This document shows positions 47,052 through 56,247 of a stretch of 64,000 nt of DNA, one piece after another. Under the pieces are notes generated by a model. It was not told the DNA's origin, made no database searches, and was given only the letters and a program-made list of their open reading frames with translations. Origin of the DNA: a virus; the IMG/VR virus record IMGVR_UViG_3300032516_000014, positions 12,396 to 76,395 of that record; one strand, written 5' to 3'. Position numbers and translations under genes: made by a program. Every line of letters starts with the position of its first letter. Position 1 is the stretch's first letter.

Positions 47052-47306
47052 ATGAACGGAACAATTTGCATCCGCAAAGGCTGCCGGGAATACTGCGTCT
47101 CGCAGCAATCCCGGGGCTTCCTCGCCACCTTCCGCAACGTGTCCTCCTGGGACAACAAAGCGCACGGATGCGACTACTATGTCACGCCCAGTAGTGCCGA
47201 AGAAGCGCCGGGCACCTGGCGGCAGTTCGCCGAGCTGTCTGCGGCACTTCGAGCAATCTGCAACCACCCCGACCTCGACCCGCGCCCGTATGCCCCTAAA
47301 AACTGA
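47052..47306 (+). CDS. hypothetical protein
   Basis: Operon packing. Confidence 0.6.
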   Translation: MNGTICIRKGCREYCVSQQSRGFLATFRNVSSWDNKAHGCDYYVTPSSAEEAPGTWRQFAELSAALRAICNHPDLDPRPYAPKN

Positions 47307-47490
47307 AACCCTCTGGACCGTGTTCTTCCCCGGCGGCTGCTACTGGCGCCGCACCAAACATTACCTGTTCTACCCCGTCAAGCAACTTTGGGGCCTGCGC
47401 GAGCACCGCGAACGCCGGCACTGCGACCCCTGCACGGACCTGGCCTATGCCCTCAGCCGAGGAGGCTATCAACTCCCCCCACGCGCATGA
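47290..47490 (+). CDS. hypothetical protein
   Basis: ATG at 47290; stop overlaps the next ATG. Confidence 0.5.
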   Translation: MPLKTETLWTVFFPGGCYWRRTKHYLFYPVKQLWGLREHRERRHCDPCTDLAYALSRGGYQLPPRA

Positions 47491-47996
47491 AAGGCGCTCC
47501 CCGCTTCTCCCGGAAGGTGCACGGCTTGCGATACGCGCAAATCGACCGCTTCCGCCCCCACCGGGGATACCTGGTCGTGTGGGCCTACGGTCCCGGGGCA
47601 GTCCGGTTCGAGATACGACCCGTGTGCCGCGAACGGCTTCGACTGCCCCGCAAGGCCGCTGAACTTGAACGCCTGTCCGCCCTGCTGCCCAATTGCCGGG
47701 AAGCACAGCTCGAAGGGCTGGTGCAACGGAAACGACTCGTGATCGACTATGAAGTCACCTGCCCCCTCCCGCTGCCCCCCGTGATCTCGCGGCGCGAATT
47801 GAGGGCGCTGGTCGCAGTGATAGAGCTGGTCCGGGAGATTAGCCACTGGCTGCGAAAGCGGTTTCTGAACTTCGACCTGGAACGCGACGACAACTCCCTG
47901 TCCGAGCGCGTTCTTTACCACTGTTCCTTCTGCGGAGTCGTCTGCGCCTCCGGCCGAAGGTTATGTTCAAACTGCGCAGGCGAATTGTTAGATTAA
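47487..47996 (+). CDS. hypothetical protein with C-terminal Zn finger
   Basis: CSFC...LCSNC. Confidence 0.55.
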   Translation: MKGAPRFSRKVHGLRYAQIDRFRPHRGYLVVWAYGPGAVRFEIRPVCRERLRLPRKAAELERLSALLPNCREAQLEGLVQRKRLVIDYEVTCPLPLPPVISRRELRALVAVIELVREISHWLRKRFLNFDLERDDNSLSERVLYHCSFCGVVCASGRRLCSNCAGELLD

Positions 47997-48014
47997 CTCA
48001 ACCACGTATCAACT

Positions 48015-48239
48015 ATGCTACTAACTCTCATCGGGCTGCTCAGCGCCTACATCCGCCGCCCCACCCCCGACAACCGATCCGAAGTAATCGAGTTCGCCAA
48101 GAAAACCGGGCTCTCGCTTTCCTGGGACCCGCAAACCCAAAGCTTCCTCGGAACTGTCGCGGGCACAAAACGCACGGCCTTTCTCTACGACGTGCAAGTC
48201 GAGAATAAGCATTATGCCACCCTCGTTATCGAATCGTAA
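48015..48239 (+). CDS. hypothetical protein
   Basis: Operon packing. Confidence 0.55.
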   Translation: MLLTLIGLLSAYIRRPTPDNRSEVIEFAKKTGLSLSWDPQTQSFLGTVAGTKRTAFLYDVQVENKHYATLVIES

Positions 48240-48825
48240 AGGCCTGTGCGCTCGCGCCGACCGGACTCACCTGTGCCCCGGGGGGACCCTCGAACCTTAC
48301 GCCATCCGCACCACGGAGGAAACCGGCGCCCTCCTGGGGATCTCCAAGCAAGCGGTGCAGCAGATCGAAGCACGGGCCTGGAACAAGATCCGCCGGAAGC
48401 TCCTGCCGCTCTACCAGGAATACTTCGGCCGCCCTCTGGCCCGGCTGCCCTCAATGGCGGAACACATCGACAACCTCCACCTGCGCGGACGGCTGCACTA
48501 CGCCCCCGCCGCTCGCCACTGGTATGCGCTCCCGGGGACGCGCTGCAACCGCTGCCGGGGACCTCTCGAAGCGCTCTGCCGAGGAGACACAGTGACCGCG
48601 CGCTACAGCAACGACGATGCAGTCCTCTGCAAACGCTGCGGACAGCCGGGCTGGTTGCTGAGCAACCCTGCGTGGAAGAACTGGCACGTTTGCTGGCACA
48701 CGCCAGGATGCTGTTGTTACTGGTGCCTGCTGCATCCGCACCCCTGCACCCCCCGGCAACAAGCCGACCCGCTACTCCAACGAAATACCAAGTTCACTCA
48801 AATCGGGGTTTTCACCACGCGGTGA
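48214..48825 (+). CDS. sigma70 region-4-like HTH protein with Cys-rich C-terminal domain
   Basis: RTTEETGALLGISKQAVQQIEARAWNKIR matches the sigma region 4.2 pattern; CNRC, CKRC and CCCYWC follow. Confidence 0.7.
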   Translation: MPPSLSNRKGLCARADRTHLCPGGTLEPYAIRTTEETGALLGISKQAVQQIEARAWNKIRRKLLPLYQEYFGRPLARLPSMAEHIDNLHLRGRLHYAPAARHWYALPGTRCNRCRGPLEALCRGDTVTARYSNDDAVLCKRCGQPGWLLSNPAWKNWHVCWHTPGCCCYWCLLHPHPCTPRQQADPLLQRNTKFTQIGVFTTR

Positions 48826-48909
48826 ACTCCGCCGTTTCAGTGAACTCACGCCACGATATGAAACAAAAACGTTATGAAACTCAACGTGCCGCAAACTAAT
48901 ACAGAGAAG

Positions 48910-48967
48910 TAGCGCCGCTGTAATCGTATCGCCCGCCCTTGCATCTTCGCCTGGGCGGGCTTACTGT
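48910..48967 (+). promoter_or_regulatory. boxed leaderless promoter
   Basis: TAGCGCCGCTGTAATCG-N12-TTGCAT-N17-TACTGT-N6-ATG. Confidence 0.75.
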
Positions 48968-48973
48968 TGCGCC

Positions 48974-49363
48974 ATGATGAATATCAAGTGGAACAGCAAC
49001 GGAATCCCTCACGAGGAGACTGTCTCCTTGCAACAAGCCGCCGCACGGTTCGGCGAGCTCTGGCTGGACTCGATGGGCACGCACTTCCGCTACTTTGCGG
49101 AGTTGCGCGCCTTTAGCGAGGCACTACACGTCGCATACGCGGAGGGTGTCGGCAGCGAGGACATCCGAATCCACTTTGCAAACAGCCACACCATCCGCAT
49201 GTGCCGGCACGCTTTCCGTAACGGAAGCTGGATCGACGCAGGCCGGCGGGAAGTGCGAGCTACCGATGTGCGGCTGATAAACGCGATTCACGGCCTGCCG
49301 AATATGCCATCCGATCACGATGCCGGCGAAGCGCTCAACCCCGCGTATCGCAAGGTTTACTGA
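48974..49363 (+). CDS. early hypothetical protein
   Basis: Starts at the leaderless promoter. Confidence 0.7.
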   Translation: MMNIKWNSNGIPHEETVSLQQAAARFGELWLDSMGTHFRYFAELRAFSEALHVAYAEGVGSEDIRIHFANSHTIRMCRHAFRNGSWIDAGRREVRATDVRLINAIHGLPNMPSDHDAGEALNPAYRKVY

Positions 49364-49452
49364 GAAAATCACCGCCCGGCCGCCGGCCGGTGTCGAGCGC
49401 TCCCCAGGGCACAAAGCGCTTGGCGAACCGGCGGCCGGCGGGCAGAGCCGAC

Positions 49453-49689
49453 ATGAAACCGACCACTCCAAACTGGCAAAACGAACAGCCCGCGACCGTC
49501 CATTTCGCCGACGCGACCGAAGCGATGGACTACCTGCGCTCCCGCGGCTGGACCTGGGCGCGCGCGATCCCCGCGGGCTCAGTATGGGCTCACCCCCGCG
49601 TAAACTCGCACAATTACTGGCTCCGCTCCGGGAGTGTTGCGGAAGCTGGCCCAGACACCTGGACAATCACCGCAATTTCCCGTTGCTAA
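49453..49689 (+). CDS. hypothetical protein
   Basis: ATG at 49453 (MKPTTPNW). Confidence 0.55.
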   Translation: MKPTTPNWQNEQPATVHFADATEAMDYLRSRGWTWARAIPAGSVWAHPRVNSHNYWLRSGSVAEAGPDTWTITAISRC

Positions 49690-49699
49690 CCTACGCGAT

Positions 49700-49972
49700 A
49701 TGAAGATGATACCTGGCTTCCTGTTGACCCCGGCCGATGTGCGCCGGGCAAAGTCGTTGTTTTGCTACCGCCACACTCGCGACCACAAGCCTCGCTGGTC
49801 CGTCGCGGTGCGGAAGAACGGGCGCCCCTACCCCGTGCAGTTCGCGTCAGACCAAGAGTGGTTGGACAACACCACCTTCGCCGTGAATGCCGACGGGCGG
49901 CTCTCGCTGACCGCGCGCGCCTGCGAGTCGAAACCCACCTGGCCCGACAACCCGGAGCTCCGAAAAATATGA
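49700..49972 (+). CDS. hypothetical protein
   Basis: ATG at 49700; ATGA coupling to the next gene. Confidence 0.6.
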   Translation: MKMIPGFLLTPADVRRAKSLFCYRHTRDHKPRWSVAVRKNGRPYPVQFASDQEWLDNTTFAVNADGRLSLTARACESKPTWPDNPELRKI

Positions 49973-50436
49973 ACTTGGACAAGTGGCTGATATGCCAGCC
50001 GAAACACACCGCACAAAGCGAGCGGGCCTGGAAACGCGCGCAATCTCTGCGCTACCCGCCGCCGGTCATCTGGACGCCGGAGGCAATCGAGTGGCGCAAA
50101 GCCGCCTATCGACTGGCCGCGCACGCACACGGAATTCTCACTCCTGAAGAGCGGGCCTTCGCATTCTCTCCACCGGCCCCGCCGCCCCCTCCTCCGCCCC
50201 CGGATGCGTTCGACCGCGTGGCAAAGCCGGTATGCGAAGCAATCGGCACGGGCATCGGCTACCTGCTGCTGTGGGGCATTGGGACGACAGTAATCGCCGG
50301 GATGGGCTTCGCAGGTTGCGTGCTTGCGGTCGCAGTCTTCCCTCAATTCGCGCTGCCGCTCGTGCTACTGAGCATGTTCTGGACCGTCTGCAAGTGGATG
50401 TCGTTTATATACAGCACGATAGGCTGTCACTTATGA
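49969..50436 (+). CDS. membrane protein (two C-terminal TM helices)
   Basis: Poly-Pro linker followed by a long hydrophobic hairpin. Confidence 0.6.
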   Translation: MNLDKWLICQPKHTAQSERAWKRAQSLRYPPPVIWTPEAIEWRKAAYRLAAHAHGILTPEERAFAFSPPAPPPPPPPPDAFDRVAKPVCEAIGTGIGYLLLWGIGTTVIAGMGFAGCVLAVAVFPQFALPLVLLSMFWTVCKWMSFIYSTIGCHL

Positions 50437-50633
50437 AACCACCAGCAACTCCCTCGCGCACCTTCCCACTGCCCACCGTTGCGAGCGCGGTCTTGATGGG
50501 ATTCACGTGCTGCGCTCTGTCGGCGCCAATCGCAATCGCAGATTGCTGCGGGCACGGTGCGATTTGCCTGGCGGCGCTGTTGATCACTTGCACCCTCGCC
50601 TGGATCTGCGGAGGACTGCAAGCATGCAAATGA
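50433..50633 (+). CDS. small two-TM membrane protein
   Basis: ATGA-coupled on both sides; hydrophobic and Cys-rich. Confidence 0.55.
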   Translation: MKPPATPSRTFPLPTVASAVLMGFTCCALSAPIAIADCCGHGAICLAALLITCTLAWICGGLQACK

Positions 50634-51382
50634 GGGACCTAACTCTAATCTGCGGGCTCAGCTTCGACAACGGACTTTTCCCGAGGTTCGTCCGGTTTTA
50701 CACTCTCCGCGGTGTTACCCGGATCGCGGTCGTGCTGCATACGCCGGAGCTGCACGAACACGTGCGCCAGGTTATCGCCGCCGCGGGCGCAAAACCGGAA
50801 ATTTGGTGCGTGCCGCCCGGAGATCCAGACAGCCTGCGAGACGCAGCACTGCAAAATCAGCTCCGGGAGGAGTTGATAACGGAAGGTTGGTATGTGTGTG
50901 CAGACGTGGACGAGTTCGCCTTGCACCCATATTTCGGCAACCTGCGGGACCTGCGGCAAGCAGCGGAGGGCTTCGAGGCGGACTACGTCGGAGGCACCTT
51001 GATCGACCGCGTCGCACGAGACGGGCGAATCTCCGCCGGTCTCAACCCCGCGCTCACCCTGGACGAACAATTTCCCGTGCAGGCAGAAATCACCAAAAAC
51101 GTGTGCAAAGGCCAGATTGCGAAGGTGATACTCGCCAGGAGCCACGTCCCGATTACCGCGGGGCACCACTTCGCAAACGGTCGTCAAGCACCAATCAACC
51201 TGCAAGTGCACCACTTCAAGTGGATCGGCGACGTATTGCAGCGAATTGCGAACCGCGGCGCCCGGCAGCAACGAAACGGATACTCCTGGTATAAAGAAAG
51301 TTACGATCTGATTGATGCCTACTCCCAAACGCACTGCTTCGCCCCGGCGTGCGTGCCGGCAAAAATGCACGTCGGCGTCTGA
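50630..51382 (+). CDS. glycosyltransferase (GT2/GT92-like)
   Basis: FVRFYTLRGV, WYVCADVDEF, GHH and HHFKW motifs. Confidence 0.75.
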   Translation: MRDLTLICGLSFDNGLFPRFVRFYTLRGVTRIAVVLHTPELHEHVRQVIAAAGAKPEIWCVPPGDPDSLRDAALQNQLREELITEGWYVCADVDEFALHPYFGNLRDLRQAAEGFEADYVGGTLIDRVARDGRISAGLNPALTLDEQFPVQAEITKNVCKGQIAKVILARSHVPITAGHHFANGRQAPINLQVHHFKWIGDVLQRIANRGARQQRNGYSWYKESYDLIDAYSQTHCFAPACVPAKMHVGV

Positions 51383-51426
51383 TTTGCGATCGGGCATTCT
51401 CACTGCGTAGCGTCGGACGATACTCT

Positions 51427-51936
51427 ATGCAAACGACATCTCCATCACATGCGCACTACAAAAGTGCGCCCTGCGAGATCTGCGAGTGTTTGCGCCGCTG
51501 GCGGTTATACCGATACCCCTTCTCGAACGGGATAGTGAATTACGGCTGGATTTGCGAGACGTGCCGCAACGAGGAAAGCCGAGGCCGCTACATAACCAAC
51601 GACGCATGCAGGGCAATGATGAGCCCCGAACAGCAGGCCGGGCTTCCGATCGCGCCGGGCTTCCACGCGGTGCCGCCGGCTATCTGCGCGCACTGCAACA
51701 AGGTCGGCGGCTGGGAAGAACACCACTGGGCGCCCTACAGTGCGTTCGGCGAGGAGGCCGGATACTGGCCGACATCACCTCTCTGTCCGAAGTGCCACAA
51801 ACACTGGTGGGCAACGATTTGCAGCTACTTCGCGTGTGGGTGTTGCGCCGTGCTCACGCCGGAGCAAACCGAGGCCGCCCGCGCCCGCGAATGGGAACGC
51901 AAGCACGGCCGCACAATCGGCCCAGGCAGGCATTAA
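51427..51936 (+). CDS. HNH-like Zn-binding protein
   Basis: CAHC...EEHHWAP...LCPKCHKHW. Confidence 0.55.
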   Translation: MQTTSPSHAHYKSAPCEICECLRRWRLYRYPFSNGIVNYGWICETCRNEESRGRYITNDACRAMMSPEQQAGLPIAPGFHAVPPAICAHCNKVGGWEEHHWAPYSAFGEEAGYWPTSPLCPKCHKHWWATICSYFACGCCAVLTPEQTEAARAREWERKHGRTIGPGRH

Positions 51937-53009
51937 GACGCTCCGACTGTCCGCCGGCCAGCTTCCATCCTTCGCCCGATTCCGGCTTCCTGGGCACCCC
52001 ATAGCGCTCGAAAGACCTAGTCTCCAGTGCCCCCTCGTCTAGCAAAAATCCCTCACGGGACTATTTTTCAGCCCCGGAGCGCTAGACTGAGCCAACGCGA
52101 CGGCTAGGACGACCCCCCGTGCCCCTCAAGTCCCTCTGCCGCAACGTCTTAGCGTCGGCTAACCTAGCCGCGCCACCTGCGCCCTGGCGCTGCCCAGGTC
52201 GAGCTCGTGCTGCGCTGCGCCTCGCTGACCATGCGACCATGAGCTGCAAGTGAGACAAAATGACACACGCTAAGTGCTTGACTATCAACAAAACTGCCCT
52301 TGCTTTCGCACAATGTTAGTTATGTTCACATGTAAAGGATACTTTACATCGCCTGATTACCAACATGTTGCATAGGTTAGCTAACCTTAGCTAATCACGA
52401 CCGTTTTGGTCGTATATTTCGCTGTATTACAAGAAATACACGGCTCGGCTCAGTGGATAACTCATTCTGCGCCAATAGCTTGGGCATACTACTACCGAGG
52501 TAGTTTTCACGTAAACATTGACGATTTCGAGGGTAGTCATGAGGCTTGCTTTGGCTAACGGTCTGCGTAAGTGGTTGATACAGTAGATGACTACGCCAGC
52601 CAATGAAGGGCGAAAACGTGACAAAACGCACACACTTGTCGAGAAGTGGCGACGTTTCGTAACAGCGCGCTCTGCAATAGCTTGGACTGCACACACTTCG
52701 GCATGGCTAACCTAGACAAGCCCTCACATCTTCACTCGGGGGCTACGGCGAGGTTGCAGCCGTCTATGTGATTAGGCATCCACACAAACTCGACCACTCG
52801 ATCGAAAGGCCTGCGATCGAGGCACTTCCTATTTGACTGGAATCCGGCGGGATCGGCACGCACATCGGCAAACCGAGATCTTCGGGCGGATCCACGGTTG
52901 CTAGTTATCACGTCCGAACCGCGCAGTATAACTAGCCTCCACGGCGTTTCACTGAACCCTTAAAACAGGCTGAAGACTTGAAACAAAGCACCGCCGAAGC
53001 ACCGCCGGG

Positions 53010-53221
53010 CGCCAAAGGGGCAGGAAAGGGGCCTGGCTTGCCCTGGGACGCCTCCAAAGTTCCCAAAAGGGTGTCATGGCGTCATGCTAGGACGCTTAGG
53101 ACGCCTCCAAAGTTCCCAAAAGGGTGTCATGGCGTCATGCTAGGACACTTAGGACGCCTATTTCAAGGTCCCGCGCGCACGCCAAAGGGGCAGGAAAGGG
53201 GCCTGGCTTGCCCTGGGACGC
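53010..53221. repeat. nested direct repeats A-B-B-A
   Basis: 42-bp A at 53010-53051 and 53180-53221; 53-bp tandem B at 53046-53098 and 53099-53151 (one mismatch). Confidence 0.9.
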
Positions 53222-53561
53222 ATAGATCAAGCGTGCCTTGAACAACGGAGCCACGACCAAGCACGGGACTATCCTGCCAAGTATCCTGCCATTTTGGCAA
53301 GATACTCTAGCCGGCGGCGGGACAGTTCAGCCAGGCGGAACTATCTACGCCTTCAGTATGCCGAACGGCGCCAGGCCGGCGGCGGGCCGGCGGCGGGCGG
53401 ACACAAAAGGTCCACTTCTGCACAGATCCTCGCCAACCTTGAGGAATCATGGGCCGGTCATGGGCCTGGCGGCGGAAAGTCGGACTGTCTGCACGTCGAA
53501 AGCCAGCCTTGCTGGGCAGGAAAAGGAAGGCGAAGCAAAGGAACTGGTGGGGGTGCGTGCA

Positions 53562-53683
53562 ATTCCCGAGGCCTCGGGAATGAGCCGCCTGCGCGAAACT
53601 GGTCGGGATCCCGACCATTTTTCGAGCACTTCCCGAGGCCTCGGGAATGCGAAAGTCGCTCCAGGCACTTGCCGAGGCCTCGG
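53562..53683. repeat. cluster of four perfect palindromes
   Basis: attcccgaggcctcgggaat (53562-53581), tggtcgggatcccgacca (53600-53617), ttcccgaggcctcgggaa (53630-53647), ccgaggcctcgg (53672-53683). Confidence 0.9.
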
Positions 53684-54099
53684 GGATGCACTCGGGTTTG
53701 ACGAAGACAGATGGAGGCAGATGCTAAAAACTCCATTCGTCGTCCTTAACCTCTTCTCTGATATACTGTTGTCAGATAGACAGATGAAATCTCTCTAAAA
53801 GAGTTTTAGTACATGTATGTGTATCTTTGTAGGAGGAGAGGGGGGGACGTATAGGAGAAAGGCTGGACCCCTGTTTTCATCCTCCGATCCGCTTTTTCTG
53901 CTCTAACTACCTGTTGTGCTATTGGTTGCGTCGCAAAATCCATCCCGCACCATCCGCCATTCTCGCTATTCCCGCCACTCCGTCTTCGACCGCGGTCTCC
54001 CGCCGCAGTCTTCGACCGCAACCGCAACCCGGGGGCTGCACCACCACCGCCGTAAACTTCGAGCTTGTTACTGGCGCAGGCCAAGTGCACATTGCGCTC

Positions 54100-54474
54100 A
54101 TGAATACCACCACCTCCCTTTCTACCCCGCGAGCGGTCGCAATCTCTTACAACTGGGAAACCGGGGAGATCCAGTCGATAAACTTCGACGGTGAGGGTTG
54201 CGTCGAGCAAGCGAGAAAATGGGTGGAAGGAGATGGGCCTGATTCTGCGCGGTCTTTTCTCGTGGACCGCGGCTGGGAACACTTCTGGCGCGCGAATAGG
54301 GCGGCTCTTGCTCGCGGTGCGCTTGCGTGCCCTGCCGCATACGACCCGCAGTATTTCGAGCGCCATTGCCACTCCAGCACGCCTTCGCCCCGGTGTGAAA
54401 CTGACCGCAACGCTCTTACCCCTGTGTCCAATCCAGTGCTGCCCGCAACTCCGCCCATAATCGTGTGCCACTAA
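54100..54474 (+). CDS. hypothetical protein
   Basis: Leaderless geometry TTGTTA-N17-CACATT-N6-ATG. Confidence 0.55.
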   Translation: MNTTTSLSTPRAVAISYNWETGEIQSINFDGEGCVEQARKWVEGDGPDSARSFLVDRGWEHFWRANRAALARGALACPAAYDPQYFERHCHSSTPSPRCETDRNALTPVSNPVLPATPPIIVCH

Positions 54475-54502
54475 CCCCACTAACCATCCTCATTTGCAGA
54501 AT

Positions 54503-54559
54503 AAGCGCACCTGTAATCGCGTTTCTGCGGTTGACGGTGCGCCGTTCGACGGGTAGATT
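54503..54559 (+). promoter_or_regulatory. boxed leaderless promoter
   Basis: AAGCGCACCTGTAATCG-N11-TTGACG-N17-TAGATT-N6-ATG. Confidence 0.8.
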
Positions 54560-54565
54560 AGCGCC

Positions 54566-54763
54566 ATGATGCACATCAGTCCGAACTGTTTCGAGTGTGT
54601 TCACGGGCACGTCCCGCATTTTCTGCCGGCGCGCCACCCCGACGCTTCCAAGATCCGCTGCGATCACCCGCTCATCGCGCGCCTGCCGATGGCGTGCGAA
54701 TCGAGGCTCAACGTGCCGCAGGAGCTCGATCTCTGCACCATGTTTCAACCGCTGCGTTCTTGA
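54566..54763 (+). CDS. small Cys-rich protein
   Basis: CFECVH...C...LC; starts at the promoter. Confidence 0.6.
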   Translation: MMHISPNCFECVHGHVPHFLPARHPDASKIRCDHPLIARLPMACESRLNVPQELDLCTMFQPLRS

Positions 54764-54773
54764 TTTAATTGAT

Positions 54774-54986
54774 ATGACCACGCCACACACGCATCCTCAC
54801 GGGCAAGCCTTCCCCGATCCGAGGGGATCTAACCAAGCATCCGGGCTGACCAAGCGGGAGTTGTTTGCCGCGTTCGCCTTGGCTGGGTTTTGCGCGCACC
54901 CCGAGATAGGCAACCGATCGCCGGAGGTGATCGCATCTCTCGCCTCCGATCAAGCGGACGAGCTAATCACCTACCTGAACCTATGA
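54774..54986 (+). CDS. conserved small phage protein (AFP...GLTKRELFAA..L.G type)
   Basis: Motif common in phage early genes. Confidence 0.7.
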   Translation: MTTPHTHPHGQAFPDPRGSNQASGLTKRELFAAFALAGFCAHPEIGNRSPEVIASLASDQADELITYLNL

Positions 54987-55171
54987 ACGCAGCCCACAAG
55001 CAGAACAGAATTGACTCCGCCAAACGCAGGCGCGCTCGCAAGGCCGCATTCTTGCGAGAGCAAATACTCCGTGAGCAGCAGCGCGCGGAGAGTCTGCACG
55101 TCGATCCGAATGCTGCGCAAATGAGCAACTGGTCGCTGCAACTGCGGCACCTGGCGGATCTGGCCACTTGA
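54983..55171 (+). CDS. small basic protein
   Basis: ATGA-coupled. Confidence 0.55.
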   Translation: MNAAHKQNRIDSAKRRRARKAAFLREQILREQQRAESLHVDPNAAQMSNWSLQLRHLADLAT

Positions 55172-55201
55172 CCAAAACCGCACAAACACCCAATCTAGGG
55201 T

Positions 55202-55381
55202 ATGACATTGTTTCCCAACAAACGCGGGTTTGCTCGGCCGGACCCGGAAGATACGCTGTTCGAGTCCATGCCCGTGGATTTAGCACAGAGGTATCGTGAA
55301 ACCCGATCGATGAGACAACAGCAGCAGCGCCAGGCCGACCGGGCAGACTTTGCCAACCGCGTGTTGAAAATGGCTAATTGA
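55202..55381 (+). CDS. small hypothetical protein (59 aa)
   Basis: TTGACC-N17-CAATCT-N5-ATG; MTLFPNKRGF... Confidence 0.5.
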   Translation: MTLFPNKRGFARPDPEDTLFESMPVDLAQRYRETRSMRQQQQRQADRADFANRVLKMAN

Positions 55382-55506
55382 ACGCTTGCGTATGATCTAC
55401 GATCTCGACAACTTCGCCGTGTGTTGCGGCGTTTTGTTGCTGTGCCTGCTCGTTGCAAATTTACTGTGGACCCTGTTGTGCCGGCGCAAATGAACCGAAA
55501 CCAAAA

Positions 55507-56247
55507 GTGAGCAAACCCAAACCTGTCTCGGTGCCGGTGCCGGCGTCTGTCTCCAACCTTCCCGCCTTCAGCGGGTATTCGCCGGCTCTGGAAGATCTCG
55601 ACCAGAGCGCGATCTTTCTGGCCTACCTCACGTTCCTGGGGGACCTGGGGCAAACAGCGCTGGCGACGAACACCCCGCAGCACTTGGTCGCGCAGCTCGA
55701 AGCGCGAGAGGACTGGCGCGCCAAGCTGGTCAACCTGCACACGTTTAAGGAGAAAGGAGATCAGGGAGGCTTCGAGCAAGCGATTAACCGCACCGTCAAC
55801 TTCGTGCAGGCAGTCCGCCTCCGAAGGCTAATCGACCTGGCCCTCCGCCGCATGCTGCAAGATCCAAGCCCCGAGGCAGTGTTCGGCTACTTCGAGGGCT
55901 ACGACAAGCACGGCAACAAGATCACCAATATCCGACCGCTCATGGACCTGGTGAAAGCTGCGGAGACGGCGCAGCACATGACGTATCGCGCGCTGGGCGA
56001 CCGCGCGGAGGAGCCGGTTGCGCAAATGGCCGGGCACAGTCCGCAGAGCCAGGTAATGAGCATGCAGCGCGCGCTGGCTGCGTTGAACGCGATACCAGGC
56101 GAGAGCGCAGTCAACGCAGTGAAGGAGGAAATTCGCACGCTCAGCGAACCTCCGAAAGAAGAATTTGACCCGCGCGGGCGGTCTTTGGAGCAGGCGATGA
56201 AGTTGACTCAACCAAACGAAGAACCCCCTGGAAAGGCATCCCTATGA
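55507..56247 (+). CDS. candidate terminase small subunit / HTH protein
   Basis: HTH-like LGQTALATNTPQHLVAQL..REDW followed by a helical hairpin ending YRALGD. Confidence 0.4.
   Translation: MSKPKPVSVPVPASVSNLPAFSGYSPALEDLDQSAIFLAYLTFLGDLGQTALATNTPQHLVAQLEAREDWRAKLVNLHTFKEKGDQGGFEQAINRTVNFVQAVRLRRLIDLALRRMLQDPSPEAVFGYFEGYDKHGNKITNIRPLMDLVKAAETAQHMTYRALGDRAEEPVAQMAGHSPQSQVMSMQRALAALNAIPGESAVNAVKEEIRTLSEPPKEEFDPRGRSLEQAMKLTQPNEEPPGKASL

Larger units (their letters stand above)
51940..53900. other. large, probably non-coding, repeat-rich region (candidate origin, packaging or terminal region)
   Basis: No convincing ORFs; nested direct repeats, palindromes, and an IHF-consensus site TAAGTGGTTGATA at 52568-52580. 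Confidence 0.55.

Noticed and set aside
53010-53221. Possible mini-CRISPR array
   Set aside because: Only two copies of each repeat, the intervening DNA is itself duplicated rather than unique spacers, and there are no cas genes.
53238-53900. ORFs across the repeat island (53238-53798 plus, 53806-54480 minus) as a replication initiator
   Set aside because: The translations are low-complexity products of repeats and palindromes, with no recognisable Rep motifs.
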